DNA of 64,000 nucleotides from the human T2T-CHM13v2.0 reference genome, Homo sapiens (GCF_009914755.1 NC_060929.1); one strand, 5' to 3'. Shown: positions 22,965-46,536, counted from the stretch's first letter. A program made the numbers and translations. The notes: a model not told the origin generated them from the letters alone.

Positions 22965-25900
22965 TTTTAAGTTCTGTGATAGAAGTGCTGAACGTGCAGG
23001 TTTGTTAAATAGGTATACATGTGCCATAGTGGTTTGCTACACCTATCAACCCATCATCTAGGTTTTAACCTCCACACGCATTAGGTATTTGTCCTAATGC
23101 TCTCCCTCCCCTTGCCCCCAACCCACCCACAGGCCCCGGTGTGTGATGTTCCCCTCCCTGTGTCCATGTGTTCTTATTGTTCACCTCCCACTTATGAGTG
23201 AGAACATGACGTGTTTGGCTTTCCATTACAGTGTTAGTTTGCTGAGGATGATGGTTTCCAGCTTCATCCATGTCCCTGCAAAGGACATAAACTTATTCTT
23301 TTTTATGGCTGCATAGTATTCCATGGTGTATATGTGCCACATTTTCTTTATTCAGTCTATCATTGATGGAAATTTGGGTTGGTTCCAAGTCTTTGGTATT
23401 GTGAACAGTGCTGCAATAAACATAAGTGTGCGTGTATCTTTATAGCAGAATGATTTATAATCCTTTGGGTATATACCTAGTAATTGGATTGCTGGGTCAA
23501 ATGGTATTTCTGGTTCTAGATCCTTGAGGAATCACCGCACTGTCTTCCACAATGGTTGAACTAATTTACACTCCTACCAACAGTGTAAAAGTGTTCCTAT
23601 TTCTCCGCATCCTCACCAGCATCTGTTGTTTCCAGGTTTTTTTAATGATTGCCATTCTAACTGGTGTGAGATGCTAGCTCATTGTGGTTTTGATTTGCAT
23701 TTCTCCAATTGATCAGTGATGATCAGCTCTTTTTCATGTTTCCTGGCTGCATACATATCTTCTTTTGAGAAGTGTCTGTTCATATCCTTTGCCCACTTTT
23801 TGATGGGGTTGATTTTTCTTGTAAATTTGTTTAAGTTCCTTGTAGATTCTGGATATTGGACCTTTATCAAATGGATAGATTGGAAAAATTTTCTCCCATT
23901 CTGTAGGCTGCCTGTTCACTCTGATGACAGTTTCTTTTGCTGAGCAGAAGCTCTTTAATTTAATTAGATCCCATTTGTCAATTCTGGATTTTGTTGCAAT
24001 TGCTTTTGGTGTTTTAGTCATGAAGTCTTTGCCCATGCTTATGTCCTGAATGGTATTGCCTAGGTTTTTTCAAGGGTTTTTATAGTTTTAGGTTCTACAT
24101 TTTAGTCTTTAGTCCACCTTAATTTTTGTATAAGGTGTAAGGAAGGGGTCCAGTTTCTGTTTTCTAAATATGGCGAGCCAGTTTTCCCAGTACCATTACC
24201 ATTTATTAAATAGGGAGTCCTTTCCCCATTGCTTCCTTTTGTCAGGTTTGTTGAAGATCAGATGGTTGTAGATGTGTGGTGTTATTTCTGAGGCCTCTGT
24301 TCTGTTTCACTGGTGTATATATCTGTTTTGGTACTAGTACCATGCTGTTTTGGGTACTGTAGCTTTTGTAGTATAGTTTGATATCAGGTAGTGTGATGCC
24401 TCCAGCTTTGTTCTTTTTGCTTAGGATTGTCTTGGCTATACGGGCTCTTTTTTGGGTCCATATGACATTTAAAGTAGTTTTTTTCTAGTTATGTGAAGAA
24501 AGTCAATGGCGGCTTGATGGGAATAGCATTGAATCTATAAATTACTTGGGGCAATATGGCCATTTTCATGATATGGATTCTTCCTATCCATGAGCATGGA
24601 ATTTTTTTCAATTTGTTTGTGTTCTCTCTTATCTCCTTGAGCAGGGGGCCTTGAAGGCCCTTCATGTCCCTTGTAAGGTGTATTCCTAGGTATTTTCTTT
24701 TTTTTTTGAGACGGAGTCTCACTCTGTCGCCCAGGCTGGAGTGCAGTGGTACGATCTGAGCTCACACTGCAAGCTCTGCCTCCTGGGTTCACACCATTCT
24801 CCTGCCTCAGCCTCCCGAGTAGCTGGGACTACAGGTGCCCACCACCACACCCAGCTAATTTTTTTTATTTTTTTATTTTTAGTAGAGATGGGGTTTCACC
24901 ATGTTAGCCAGGATGGTTTCGATCTCCTGACCTCGTGATCTGCCCACCTCGGCCTCCCAAAGTGTTGGGATTACAGGCAAGAGCCACCGTGCCCAGCCAG
25001 GTATTTTCTTTGTAGCAATTGTGAATGGGAGTTCACTCATGATTTGGCTGCTTGTCTTTATTGGTGTATAGGAATGCTTGTGATTTTTGCACATTGATTT
25101 CCAGTCCTGAATATCCTTGTTAATTTTCTGTCTTGTTGATCTAATATTGACAGTGGTGTGTTAAAATCTCCCATTATTATTGTGTGGGAGTCTAAGTCAC
25201 TTTGTATGTCTCTAAGAACTTGTTTTATGAATCTGGGTGCATCTGTATTGGGTGCATATATATTTAGGATAGTTAGCTCTTCTTGTTGCATTGATCCCTT
25301 TACCACGATATAATGCCCTTGTCTTTTTTGAACTTTGTTGGTTTAAAGTCTGTTGTATCAGAGACTAGGATTGCAATCCCTGCTTTTTTGTTGTTGTTGT
25401 TGTTTTCCATTTGCCTGGTAAATATTCCTCCATCTCATTATTTTGAGCCTGTGTGTGTCTTTGCATGGGAGATGGGTCTCCTGAATACAGCACACTGATG
25501 GGTCTTGACTCTTTATCCAATTTGCCAGTGTATGTCTTTTAATTGGGGCATTTAGCCCATTTACATTTAAGGTTAATATTGTTACGTGTGAATTTGATCC
25601 TGTCATCATGATGCTAGCTGGTTATTTTGCACATTAGTTGATGCAATTTCTTCATAGTGTCATTGGTCTTTATATTTTGATATGTTTTTGCAGTGGCTGG
25701 TACTGGTTTTTCCTTTCCATATTTTGTGCTTCCTTCAGGAGCTCTTGTAAGGCAGGCCTGGTGGTGACAAAAATCCCTCAGCATTTGCTTGTCTGTAAAG
25801 GATTTTATTTATCCTTTACTTGTGAAAGTTAGTTTGGCTGTATATGAAACTCTGGGTTGAAAATTCTTTAACAGTGTTGAATATTGGCTTCCACTCTCTT

Positions 25901-26762
25901 CGGGCTTATAGGGTTTCTGCAGAGATCCACTGTTAGTCTGATGGCTTCCCTTTGTAGGTTACCTGACCTTTCTCTCTGTTGCCCTTAACATTTTTCTTTC
26001 ATTTCAACTTTGGAGACTGTGGCAATTATGTGTCTTGGGGTTGCTCTTCTCAAAGAGTATCTTTGTGGTGGTCTCTGTACTTCCTGAATTTGAATGTTGG
26101 CCTGTCTTGCTACGTTGGGGAAGTTCTCCTCGATAATATCCTGAAGAGTGTTTTCCAACTTGGTTACATTCTCCCCATCACTTTCAGGGACCCCAGTCAA
26201 TCGTAGGTTTGGTCTTTCCACATAGTCCCATATTTCTTGGAGGCTTTGTTCATTCCGTTTCAATCTTTTTTCTCAATCTTTCCTTCACGCCTCATTTCAG
26301 TAAGTTGATCTTCAATCTCTGATATCCTTTCTTCCACTGATCAATTCGGCTATCGATGTGTGAAAAGAACTCCTGCAGCTAGCTCGGTGTCTGCCTGAAC
26401 AGCTGCCCAGTTTTGTTTTTGAAACCCAGAGCCCTGGGGGTGTAGGCACATGAGGGAATCTCTTGGTCTGTGGATTTCTAAAACCAGGGGAAAAGTGTGG
26501 TATCTGGGCCAGATAACACAGTCCCTCACAGCCTCCTTTGGCTGGGAAAAGTAGGCTCCCCTGCTCCTTCCACTTCCTGCATGAGGCGACACCCCACTCT
26601 GCTTCTGCTCACCCTCTTTGGCCTTACCCACTGCCTACCCAGTCCCAATGAGATGAACAGGATACCTCAGTTGGAAATGCAGAAATTACCCACTTCTGCA
26701 TTCATCTCACTTGGAGCTGCAGACTGGAGCTGTTCCTATTTGGCCATCTTGCCAGCCAATCC
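22965..26762 (-). mobile_element. L1PA (L1PA7/8-like) with 5'UTR and ORF1/ORF2 remnants and two large internal deletions
   Basis: ORF-track fragments KRNEQSLQEIWDYV (ORF1), MTGSNSHVTILTLNVNGLN (ORF2 endonuclease), [12 protein letters not shown] (ORF2 C-terminus); TSD-like TAAAAGCA at 22951 and 26763. Confidence 0.92.
24698..24998 (-). mobile_element. AluY inserted in L1 ORF2
   Basis: AluY diagnostics; TSD AGGTATTTTCTTT at 24688 and 24999. Confidence 0.93.
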
Positions 26763-28592
26763 TAAAAGCATTTTTTTTTTAGGCTCCCACATATGAGAGT
26801 ATGTGCTATTTGTTTTTCTGTGCCTGGCTTCTTTCACTTAACATCACAATATCCTCCAGTTCCATGTTGCAAATAACAGGATTTCATTCTTTTTTAGGGC
26901 TCAAGATGACATCATGTACACTTTCTTTATCCATTGATCCATGCATGGACTCTCAGGTTGATTATGTATCTTGGCTATTGTGCATACTGCTGCAATGCAG
27001 GTATCTCGATATACAGATCTTCTTACCTTTGGGTTTACAACCAGCAGTGAGAATGCTGGATTACACAGTAGTTCTTTTCTTCATTTTTTGAGGAAACTTC
27101 ATACTCTTCTCCTTAGTAGCTTTAGTTATCTACACTCCCACCAACAGTGTACAAGTATTCTTTCTCCACATCCTCACCAGCATCCATTATTGCCTGTCTT
27201 TTGGATAAGTCATTTAAACTGGGGTGTGATAGCTCATTTAGTTTTGATTTGCATTTCCCTGGTGATTAGTGATGTTGAGCATTTTTTCATATACCTGTTG
27301 CCCGTTTTGATATCTTCTAAGAAACACCTATTCAGATCTTTTGCCTATTTTTAATTTTTTTTTGCTATTAAGCTCTTTATATATTCGTTTTTAATTCCTT
27401 GTCAGATGAGTAGTTTGCAAATATTTTTGCCCATTCTGTAGCATATTTCTTCACTTTGTTTCCTCTGCTGTGCAGCTTTTTAGCTTGATGTCATCTCATT
27501 TGCTCATTTTCACATTGGTTGTGTTTTTGAGGTCTTACAAGAAATCTTTGCCCAGCTTAAACTTTTGGTTTCCCCAATTTTCTCTTCATAATTTCAAGTC
27601 TTACATTTAAGTCTTTAATCTATTCTGATTTTTGTATATGGTGAGAGAGGGGTCTAATTTCATTCTTCTGCATTTGGATACTCAGTTCTGCCTGCACCAT
27701 TTATTATAGAAGAGATTGTCCTTTCCCCAATGTATGTTCTTAGTGTCTTTGTCAAAAGAGTTGACTGTAAGTAAATACATGGATTTACTTCTGGGTTCTC
27801 TATTCTGTTCCCTTGGTCTGTGTCTTGTTTTTATGCTTCTATCATGCTGTTTTTGTTACTATAGCTTTGTAGTACATAATTTGAGGCCCAGTAATGTGAT
27901 GCCTCTGGCTTTGCTATTTTTGCTCAGGATGGCTTTGGCTGTTCTGGGTCTTTTGTGGTTCCATACAAATTTTAGATTTTTTTTTCTCTATGTCAGTGAA
28001 GAATGTCACTGGTATTTTGGTAGCAATTGCATTGAATCTGTAGATTGCTTTGGGTAGTAAAGCTGATGGATTGAAACTGGGTTGGAAGAGAGTCAAGATT
28101 CTAAGCAACTATAGGGATGGATTTATCATTCTTAAGACAAGACTTGGGAAAAGTGGGGCAGGAAAGGGGGAAAGGTATGTTTTGTAGATGTAGATAAAAG
28201 AACTGGGAACAAATACTTGGAGGAAGCAAGGAGGCAGATTTTGCCATGTTGTAAGAAAGGCAGTTATGAAACAAATAGAGCCATCTCAAAATGGACAGGA
28301 CATCCTTTTTGTCTATCACTAGAAGTAATCAACCTAGATTCATGTGTATCAGCTATGACAGAAGGAACTATGGGAATTGATTTATAAGGATTCCTCTAAA
28401 GATTTTACTCACGTTTTATCTTTCATTAATATTAAATACGAAAACATGGGTATAGTAGCTAGTATCAGGTATCAAATTACTTTCCATTATTTCTAAAAAT
28501 TCTATTTTAAAAACTTCCGAGATTTAAATTCAAATCTGAAAATCTGTCCTACCCCCTTGAGTCAACATGAAAGTGACTCCAAGAACAGGGAC

Positions 28593-28618
28593 TTTATTAG
28601 TCTCTTATGAGCTTTATT
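28593..28618 (-). terminator. ATG12: Candidate ATG12 distal polyA signals (two AATAAA, at 28613-28618 and 28593-28598)
   Basis: Two CTTTATTAG copies 20 bp apart on +; would give a 3'UTR of about 3.6 kb. Confidence 0.6.
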
Positions 28619-30225
28619 AGTGTTATTCCAATATTTAGGACATAGTAGGCACTCAATATGTGAATGACAGGTTATACGAACAAACTGAAGTTTATACTTA
28701 CGTTTCAAGGTTTTTGATATTGCCAAATGGCCCCCTAAAAGTGATATACCAACTCATATTCTATTCACCAAAATATGACAGGATTTCCCCACAACTCTGC
28801 TAATAGCAAGATGTACATTATTTTTATTGTCAGTCAGCATTGTTTTTATTTGTATTTTTTGTAACCAATGGGGTTCAAGGTGTTTCATGTTTTGTTGGCC
28901 ATTTGTATCTTTTTGTGAATCGAAATTTGGTATGTTTTGCCTATTTTTCAGTTGGTCTTTTCTTACCAATTGAAACAAATTCTTCATATACTTAAGACAT
29001 TAAAAACACTGTCATATGTTGCAAATATTTTCCATTACCTTCTGCTGTACAAAAACTTAAACTATACAAAATTTCCTTTGTTTTTAGCTGTCATACTTTG
29101 CTAATCACAATTTCATTCACTCGATGTGTTACATTACTAATTATTTACATATAAGGAAATGTACTAAGTATTATGTGTGTGTGGGTACCAGATAAAAACC
29201 AGAATAACTGGACACATGGCTCTGAGGCAGTATGCAATAAGTGATTTAATAGTGGTAGTTTGCTCTAAGTGTTTTTATGAGAGAAAGGGTATCTTCTCCT
29301 TGAATGATTCAGATAGCCTTTAAAAAGTTAAAATCTGAATCAGGCCTTGAAGAAGAGTTAGGATTTGAAAGGGTGAAGGTGTAAGTAAACTGCACGAGCA
29401 GAAGTAGATAACAGAAAACACAAGGCATCTTCAAAGAATGGTGAATAATCCAGTTTGGGTTAAATAATGTAGGCAGAGTATTTATATAAATACGATTTGA
29501 ACTGTATTCAAATAGTAGTATTTGCTGAACTGTTTTCTGAATAGTTTTCATTACGTGGCCTGTAGCTGGCTTCCTTAGTGCCAAAAGTTTACTCAGCATA
29601 TTATAATCCTTGGAAAATGAAGCAGAAACTGCATGAAAAGAGATTTTTATTTTCACACTCCTTCAACACCTAAGGCTTTCTCACTTTGTGTTACAACTAA
29701 ATTGGTTGACTAATGTCATGTAATCTGAGAAATACACTGTACTTCGTTCTAGTAGATATTTAAGGTCCCTTTAGGACTGAAACTTACAGAAATCAGATTC
29801 CAGGAATTATCCAATCTCATTTTGATTTCGGATAAACATTAATTTGCCTTATTCCTTAAATATGGTGAATTCATTATGAAGTCTTTGGCATACTTTTAAA
29901 GATGGAAGTACAATATTGCAATATTATACATATACTTTGTGTGCCATGGGTCATCTATGCACAGTAAGATGAAGCATGATATTAATGACATCTATTTAGT
30001 CACAAAGAAAATTTAAAATATCACCTGAATGTTCAGTTTTTCCCCCAAGTTTAATCAGACTTGAGAGTTTAAATTAAAAATAAATTGTGTTGTAGGTTCT
30101 AGTCACCCAATAACTTATCGGATCCAGGCTTAATTATTGTTTAATGTTGCAAATTTAGCGCAGAATAATTCTTTGAGTAAAGATCAAGAAATAATTAAAT
30201 ATGATTTGAAAAAGTACAAAGTCCA

Positions 30226-30539
<314 letters not shown>

Positions 30540-30753
30540 GTGCAAAGTCCTATGTATTCTTCAGAGTTGTTAGGAAAGAAAACAAATAAGGTTAGCTACA
30601 TATTTAGCTAACCTTAGATTTAATAAACTATTAAGTTATTTAGGTCAAAAAGAATAACTAAATGGATGCTACAAATTTCAACCAGTATTTTCGATTTTTT
30701 GAGGTCTATCATCTGAACCCTCAGTGGCAAACAATACGAAAATTCAACATATT

Positions 30754-30759
30754 TTTATT
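30754..30759 (-). terminator. ATG12: Candidate ATG12 proximal polyA signal AATAAA
   Basis: TTTATT on + within the 3'UTR, between two Alus. Confidence 0.5.
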
Positions 30760-30941
30760 TGTTAAATATATGAATATAATTAAATATATTCCTTCAGTAA
30801 ACTGAACTGGACAAAACTAGAGAACAGACCTTTTCCATACTCATTTAACTTTAAAATGATATTACTTTGAATTCTACTACATACCATCTTAGATCCTGTT
30901 TTGAAATTCCATTCACATTACATTCGATTTACTAGAATGCC

Positions 30942-31212
30942 TTTTTTTTTCTTTTTTGAGATGGGGTCTCACTCTGTTGCTCAGCAGGAATGCAGTGGTA
31001 CAATCACGACTCACTATACCCTTGAACTTCTGGGCTCAGGGGATCCTCTTGCCTCTGCAGCCTAATAATTTTTTTTTAATTTTTATTTTTTTGTAGAGTT
31101 GGGGATCTTGCCTTGCTAACCAGGCTGGTCTCAAACTTGTGGCTTCACGCAATCCCCACACCTCAGCCTTCCAAAGTGCTGGGATTACAGGTGTAAGCCA
31201 CCATGCCTGATC
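30942..31212 (-). mobile_element. AluJ in the ATG12 3'UTR (sense to the mRNA)
   Basis: Reverse Alu with an internal deletion; flanking GAATGC repeats. Confidence 0.9.
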
Positions 31213-32199
31213 TGGAATGCTTTCTAAAAATATGGCATTATAAACATAATACTAAAGAGAAAAAAAGGTTAAATTTCACTTCAAGAAATTATCAGTCTAA
31301 TAGCATCAGTAAAAATGGCACTTTTAGTCATGGCATAAAATATACAATAAGGCTATTTTTCAATTATTGTTTTCAAGTTGGAAAATGCATTATGAAACAC
31401 TCAAAAAGATGCTACTGGGTTTACTCATCAAGTGCTTTTGACACCATATAAATGACAGAGTAACACCACAGTTATGTGATTGGGACTCAAGAATCCTTAA
31501 ATGTTAGGACTGAAAACAGGTATATGACTTATTTGTCCAGAATTTATATTTTTCTGTATCCCAATAAAATAATTAAGCCATGTGTATTGTGTAAAATTAC
31601 AGTCTTTCAGTCTGTCCTATGTGCTTGCTCTCCTGGCTAGATATTAGCTAAAAATTAGCAAAAACAGCCATTTCCCCTATTATTCCCCAGCAAAGATGTG
31701 AAACCAAAACGCCTAACCTTTTCTGCCTGGTGGACTGCCCTCTACTGGACTATTTGAGGTATTCAGCCAGCAGGTCAATGTGACTAAAAAGGTAAACATA
31801 GAGATAAATGTAAACATTAAAAAAAAAGGAACCCTTTAGTATATTAACTTTTACCATGAAAACAATTTCAGTCATTTTGAGAACTGACAATGAAGATGTT
31901 TATACAGTCTTAGTCTCCTTTTCAACCTTGGAGGCAGATCTGCAGCAATAATAGTAACAAGTAGGAGCAATGGGTGTACTATCATGACCATCTTTTATGA
32001 TGACTGGTGCATTAATACAAATCACATTTTTCTGAGTCCATTCATGCTATGGATGTTTTCTTATGCATAAACATAGAGTAGACACATACTAAATAGATCA
32101 CATCTGTTAAGTCTCTTGCCACAAGCATCAAAACTTTTCAGAGCTGTCTCTTCCGTGAAAATCCATTTCATGTAGTAGCAAGTTGATTTTCTTTGTGGT

Positions 32200-41948
<9,749 letters not shown>

Positions 41949-42433
41949 CTTGCTTGGAGACACTCGAGAGCGGAAGTAGCGACTGAGCGCGTGCAGTGGG
42001 CGTGCTTTTCTCCAGGGAGCGTCGCAAAGGAGGCGCCGGAGTAGGGGGACGCAATTACACAGTGAAACTTGGTGTTCCCGGCTAGTCATTCAAATCGAAG
42101 CTGTCGCAGACCTCTGAACGTTAGTAACGCAACATGTGTTTCTCCGCGACTACAGACCTCGGGAGAGGAGCGGTGGGCAACGTGTCTGTGCTCGGTCGAA
42201 TGCGCACACTCCAGTTAGGCCGCTGGCTCGGACCTAGAAATGTTTCCGCTTTCCTTAGTGCCTGCCCCGCCCAGGCCCCGCCCCTTGGGCCCCGCCCGAC
42301 GGCTCGGGAGCGCGCGCGGTCGCGTGCGGGAGGGGGCGGGTGGGGAAGGATCGCAGGCGAGATTACGAGGCGAGGCTCGCGCGCCCGCCCCCGCCCTGGC
42401 CCCCAGTGCCCACCCGGTCGGCCCGGCACAGCC

Positions 42434-42502
42434 ATGATCAAGGCGATCCTAATCTTCAACAACCACGGGAAGCCGCGGCTCTCCAAGTTCTACCAGCCCT
42501 AC
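42434..42502 (+). CDS. AP3S1: AP-3 complex subunit sigma-1, coding exon 1 (gene continues beyond the window)
   Basis: GCCATGA start; MIKAILIFNNHGKPRLSKFYQPY, a sigma-adaptin N-terminus; donor TAC|GTGAGT; no exon 2 found before 64000. Confidence 0.97.
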
Positions 42503-44509
42503 GTGAGTATCCAGCCGCCGCTGATCCGGGCGAGGGGGAGTCGTTGGCGACGGGCAGCGCCCAGCGCGGCTTTCTCAGAGCGACCCCCTCCGGCGCGCTG
42601 CGGCCCTTGTCCCGTCCCGGCCGCCTGGCGCTCGCCAGCTGTCAGCCTCCTGGTGGGTGTGGACAGGGTGCCCACCTCCCTGCCGCGCGGTCAGCCACCG
42701 ACGTGGCTTTGCCCGGGCGGTTCCTCCGCCCGTCGGTGGGCTGCATGCTTTCCTGGCTGCGCGGGCGAGGCCCTGGAGACTTCCCGGGGCCCGGCCCTCG
42801 CCGATCGGGCAGCCGCAGCCCAGCCGCGCCGCGGAGCCCTGCGCCCAGTCCCCAAGAGCCCACCCCGCGCGGCTGCCTTCCTGCCGCCCGCGGCTGCAGT
42901 TAGCCCGGGAGGAGGAAGACGGCGTGGAACTCGTTCTTCTCGCCCCCCTCCGCCGACTCCCATCCTTTCCAGGTGGACTTCTTTCTGTTCTTTGGACAGA
43001 TGGGCTACCGTTTTTCACTGTGGTCCTCTCATAGCACAGGAACTTTGGCTTCCTGCGTTTGATAACTGCACGTTCTGTACAGTCTCTCTTCTGCATGTTT
43101 CGATACGTGACAGACTGCCCAGTGTGACTTTCAGGTGTCTCCTTATTGAAAAGGAAGATATGTGAGGACCTAATATTTTTATCAGGCTTTTTACCAGCTG
43201 GCTGCAAATTATTTACCCTCGAAGTAACCGGCGACGTTTGTAGTTGACTGATTGGAGCTGTGGTTCTATACCTAAAAGTTATGATTTCAGCTTCTGGTTT
43301 GGCATTTTTCCACGTATGGGAATTTGCCCTCATTTATAGTTTTTTTCTATTTATGAAGAATAGTAGCATTTGTAGAACTTCTCTTTTAACGTGTAAATAC
43401 TGTTTAGTATGGACAAGTGCAGGAGGCATTAAGGTAGTAGAGATAAGTGATTTGTTGATGATCGAGGAAGGGTTTTATAGAGTTATGTGCTTACCTGAGG
43501 GCAGAATTCGCTAGCTGAAACACATAAAATTGGACTCCCAGTGGTAGGATTAATGTGAGGTATAACTGTTGTGTGGTATTGTGGCACTTTGCTTATAGCA
43601 AGAAATGAGCTTTCAATTCAATTTTGAAATTGTGCCAAGGCTAACACTTTTATGCAGATAAGTCCCAGATGGAAATCAATCTTGCCATTACAAAGTAAAT
43701 GTGAAAATGTCAGTTTGCCTAAAATGATAATGCAGTCTGGAGGTGTTAGTTGAAGTGAGAAATCTTGAGCTTATTCTTCATTTTTTTCAGTTGTTTTGCT
43801 TTTGCTAGCTATAAAGAATATTTTCTGCTACTCGTGTGTGGTTTTAATTTAGTATAACTTCAATACTAATGGTCTGTTTAAAAATTCTACATCATTCTTT
43901 AATCCAGATTAAATTCTAGTTGATCCTCCCGAATGGGAAAAAATGCCATTAACTTTACCTGTTTGTTAAAATATAGTACCAGCCTTTATTGAAGGAGTCT
44001 TTGTCATAACCATTTTGCCAGTGTCATCCATTTGCAGTGTAAAAAAGGTATGTTGCAATAGTAAAACAATTCAAAAAATTATTTTTCCATATCTAAACTT
44101 AAGCAATATTAAAAATAGTGGGTTTCCTGGCTAATCCATGTAATCGGTGTATACTACTCGTATAGTGTATAATTTAACTATCTATTGAAAAATGCATTTA
44201 ATTTAGAAACTCAGAAATCTGTCTTTCCCTTGTCCAAAAGTGGGAACAGAAGTATTGTTTACCATCACTTACTAGGTAGCAGTGACGGTTAATGTGGGAA
44301 GTGGCAGTTTTGGCAGGAGTGGCAGCTCTGGTGGCATTTTTGGCCATTGTATGAGTGACAGTGCCACTGAGGGCACAGAGCTAGAAGATATAAAAAGAAG
44401 AATCTGGTGGTCACTGGCCGTTTATAGGTGGAGTATGAGAAGTTGTTTCTGTGTTTTAAGTTTCTATAAGTTGGGTTTTGCCGAGTGTTTTTTTGTCTTT
44501 CAGGAATAA

Positions 44510-45370
44510 TTTAAGATTATTTATTTATACATTTGCTTCCTCCACTAGACCATAACCTTTTTGAGGGCAGTTATTTTTTTTCAGTCATTCATTCCATCAG
44601 TTTGTCAACGGATAAATTTAATTTATGCCTACCATGTGCAGGCACTGTTTTAAAATCTGAAGATGAACAGATAACTTTCGCTCTTGTGTGAGGAACATAG
44701 CACTATTAAGGAGTAGGCTGTATTATAGCATGCCAGATAGTATTACGTGCTGTGGAAAAAAAAATAAAGCGGGTAAGAGTCTTAGAGAGTGAGAGGATGA
44801 CAGTTTAAAATAGGGTAGTCTGGTAAGTTCTCACTGAGAAGGTGGCATTTGAGCAAAGACTTGAAGGAGGTAAGAAAGGCAGCCTTGCAGATATCTGGGG
44901 GAAGAGCATCCCGGGTAGAAGGAGCAGCAAATGCAAAAACCCTGAGGAGAGCGCCTGTTTGAAGAACCCCAGGAACTTGTACATAGCAGGAGCAGACTGT
45001 GTAAGGGAACATTAGTTGGAAGTGTCTGTTTGTGTAGGGCGTCATTCTATTCTTGCTGCCTGGAATGTCCTTCCTTTCCATTGCCACGTGTACAAATTCA
45101 ACCCCTTGTTCTAGGCCCAGCACAAACATCACCTAAACATTCCGTGAAGCCTTTGATCTTGCTCAAAGCCTCCTCCTGGTTTTTAGGATTTTTTTCATCT
45201 TTGTTATGACACAGTATTCTCGTTCACAGCCTATAATTCCTCGTGGCAGCCATCCTATAGAATACTTGAAGGAACGTATCAGATTTTAGGTATATTTTTG
45301 TCATTCTAAGCAGTCAACACTGAGTCTTGAACATAGAAAACTCTCTAACTCTTTGCTAAATGCATTTATT
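44510..45370. mobile_element. Cluster of L2 fragments in both orientations
   Basis: tgcctaccatgtgcaggcactg; gagaaggtggcatttgagcaaagacttgaagga; tgcctggaatgtccttcc. Confidence 0.7.
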
Positions 45371-45947
45371 TAGAATCTCCTAGCTTGGGATAGAGTTGGG
45401 ATTAGTTAACTTGCTGAGTTTCCTTCTATCTCTTAAAATGTAGTCCTTCACTAACTAGAGGTTTTAAGAATCTCTGCCTTTAGCATAAAAGTAATGATGG
45501 CATATGTGTTACTCAGCTGTTTCTGTTTTAAGGGGTCTCTAAGAAGTATATGTCCAATATGAATAAAAATATTGAGTTTAATTTATTAAACAATATCTAG
45601 AGGTGTGACTGAGCTAACAATTCCATATACTGGCAGGATGCTGAGGTTTGAGTCCAACAGTAATCGTTTAACACTGAGCAGTTTAAAAAATGTTTAACCA
45701 TTTGCCAACAAGTTTATCCTACTGCACTTCATTTTCATTCCTCATTTATCTCCCTCAAATATAACAACTTACATATTCATCTCTGCCCTTTAACAGTGCA
45801 CATTTCCATTTCATGCTGTAATAGATTGTTAGATTCGATTGTGGCTCCAAGCTGTTATATGTGAGAAATAGGAAGTTGCGCACCTGTTTTGCTAAACAGA
45901 AGTTTTGGTTCATTCTGCTAGAGTCAGACATTACGAATTCAAGTGTG

Positions 45948-46231
45948 GGCTGGGTGCCATGGCTCATGCCTGTAATCTCAGCACTTTGGGAGGCCAAGGC
46001 AGGCGGATCACCTGAGGTCAAGAGTTCAAGACCAGTGTGGCCAACATGGTGAAACCCCATCTCTACTAAAAATACAAAAATTAGCCAGGCATGGTAGCGC
46101 ACGCCTATAAGTGCAGCTACTCGCTCGAGGCTGAGATAGGAGAATTGCTTGAACCTGGGGAGGTGGAGAATGCAGTGAGCTGAGATCGTGCCACTGCATT
46201 CCAGCCTGGGTGACAGAGTGAGACTCCATCT

Positions 46232-46272
<41 letters not shown>
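45948..46272 (+). mobile_element. AluS with A40 tail
   Basis: Full dimer; TSD AATTCAAGT. Confidence 0.95.
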
Positions 46273-46274
<2 letters not shown>

Positions 46275-46536
46275 CAAGTCTGGACTCAAAATGCATCCCT
46301 TTTCGTTTTTGCCTTCTATATCCTTGGTCTATGACTGCACAAATTCAAATGTTTTGCTTGGTTTGTCTTTTTAAGTTGATACTTAGCTTCAGCGACTTGA
46401 CAACAGTAACCTTTAGTCTTTTAATACTTACCTGACAGTATTTGTGCATTACTGTAAATAACTAATGAGACTTATATTTTATAAACTAAATATATTTTTA
46501 CATAGCTATCAAACAAAAAAATCCCTTCGGTTGTGA

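Larger units (their letters stand above)
22620..28058 (-). mobile_element. L1MA-like element split by an L1PA insertion (parts 22620-22960 and 26765-28058)
   Basis: 3' end atatatggggtacatgtg; resumes at ttaggctcccacatatgag; ORF2 C-terminal remnant KAIYRFNAI...KTQ. Confidence 0.8.

Noticed and set aside
23679-26263. L1 ORF1/ORF2 protein fragments as functional CDS
   Set aside because: Frameshifted, internally deleted and Alu-interrupted
29309-29656. 115-aa ORF in the ATG12 3'UTR region
   Set aside because: AT-rich, overlaps L2-like sequence, no recognisable homology
42134-43165. 343-aa ORF across AP3S1 exon 1
   Set aside because: Only 23 codons are AP3S1; the rest is read-through of GC-rich leader and intron past a strong GTGAGT donor, with low-complexity R/P/A/G composition
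42575-43333. 252-aa minus-strand ORF and other overlapping ORFs in the CpG island
   Set aside because: Stop-poor GC-rich sequence with no recognisable domain
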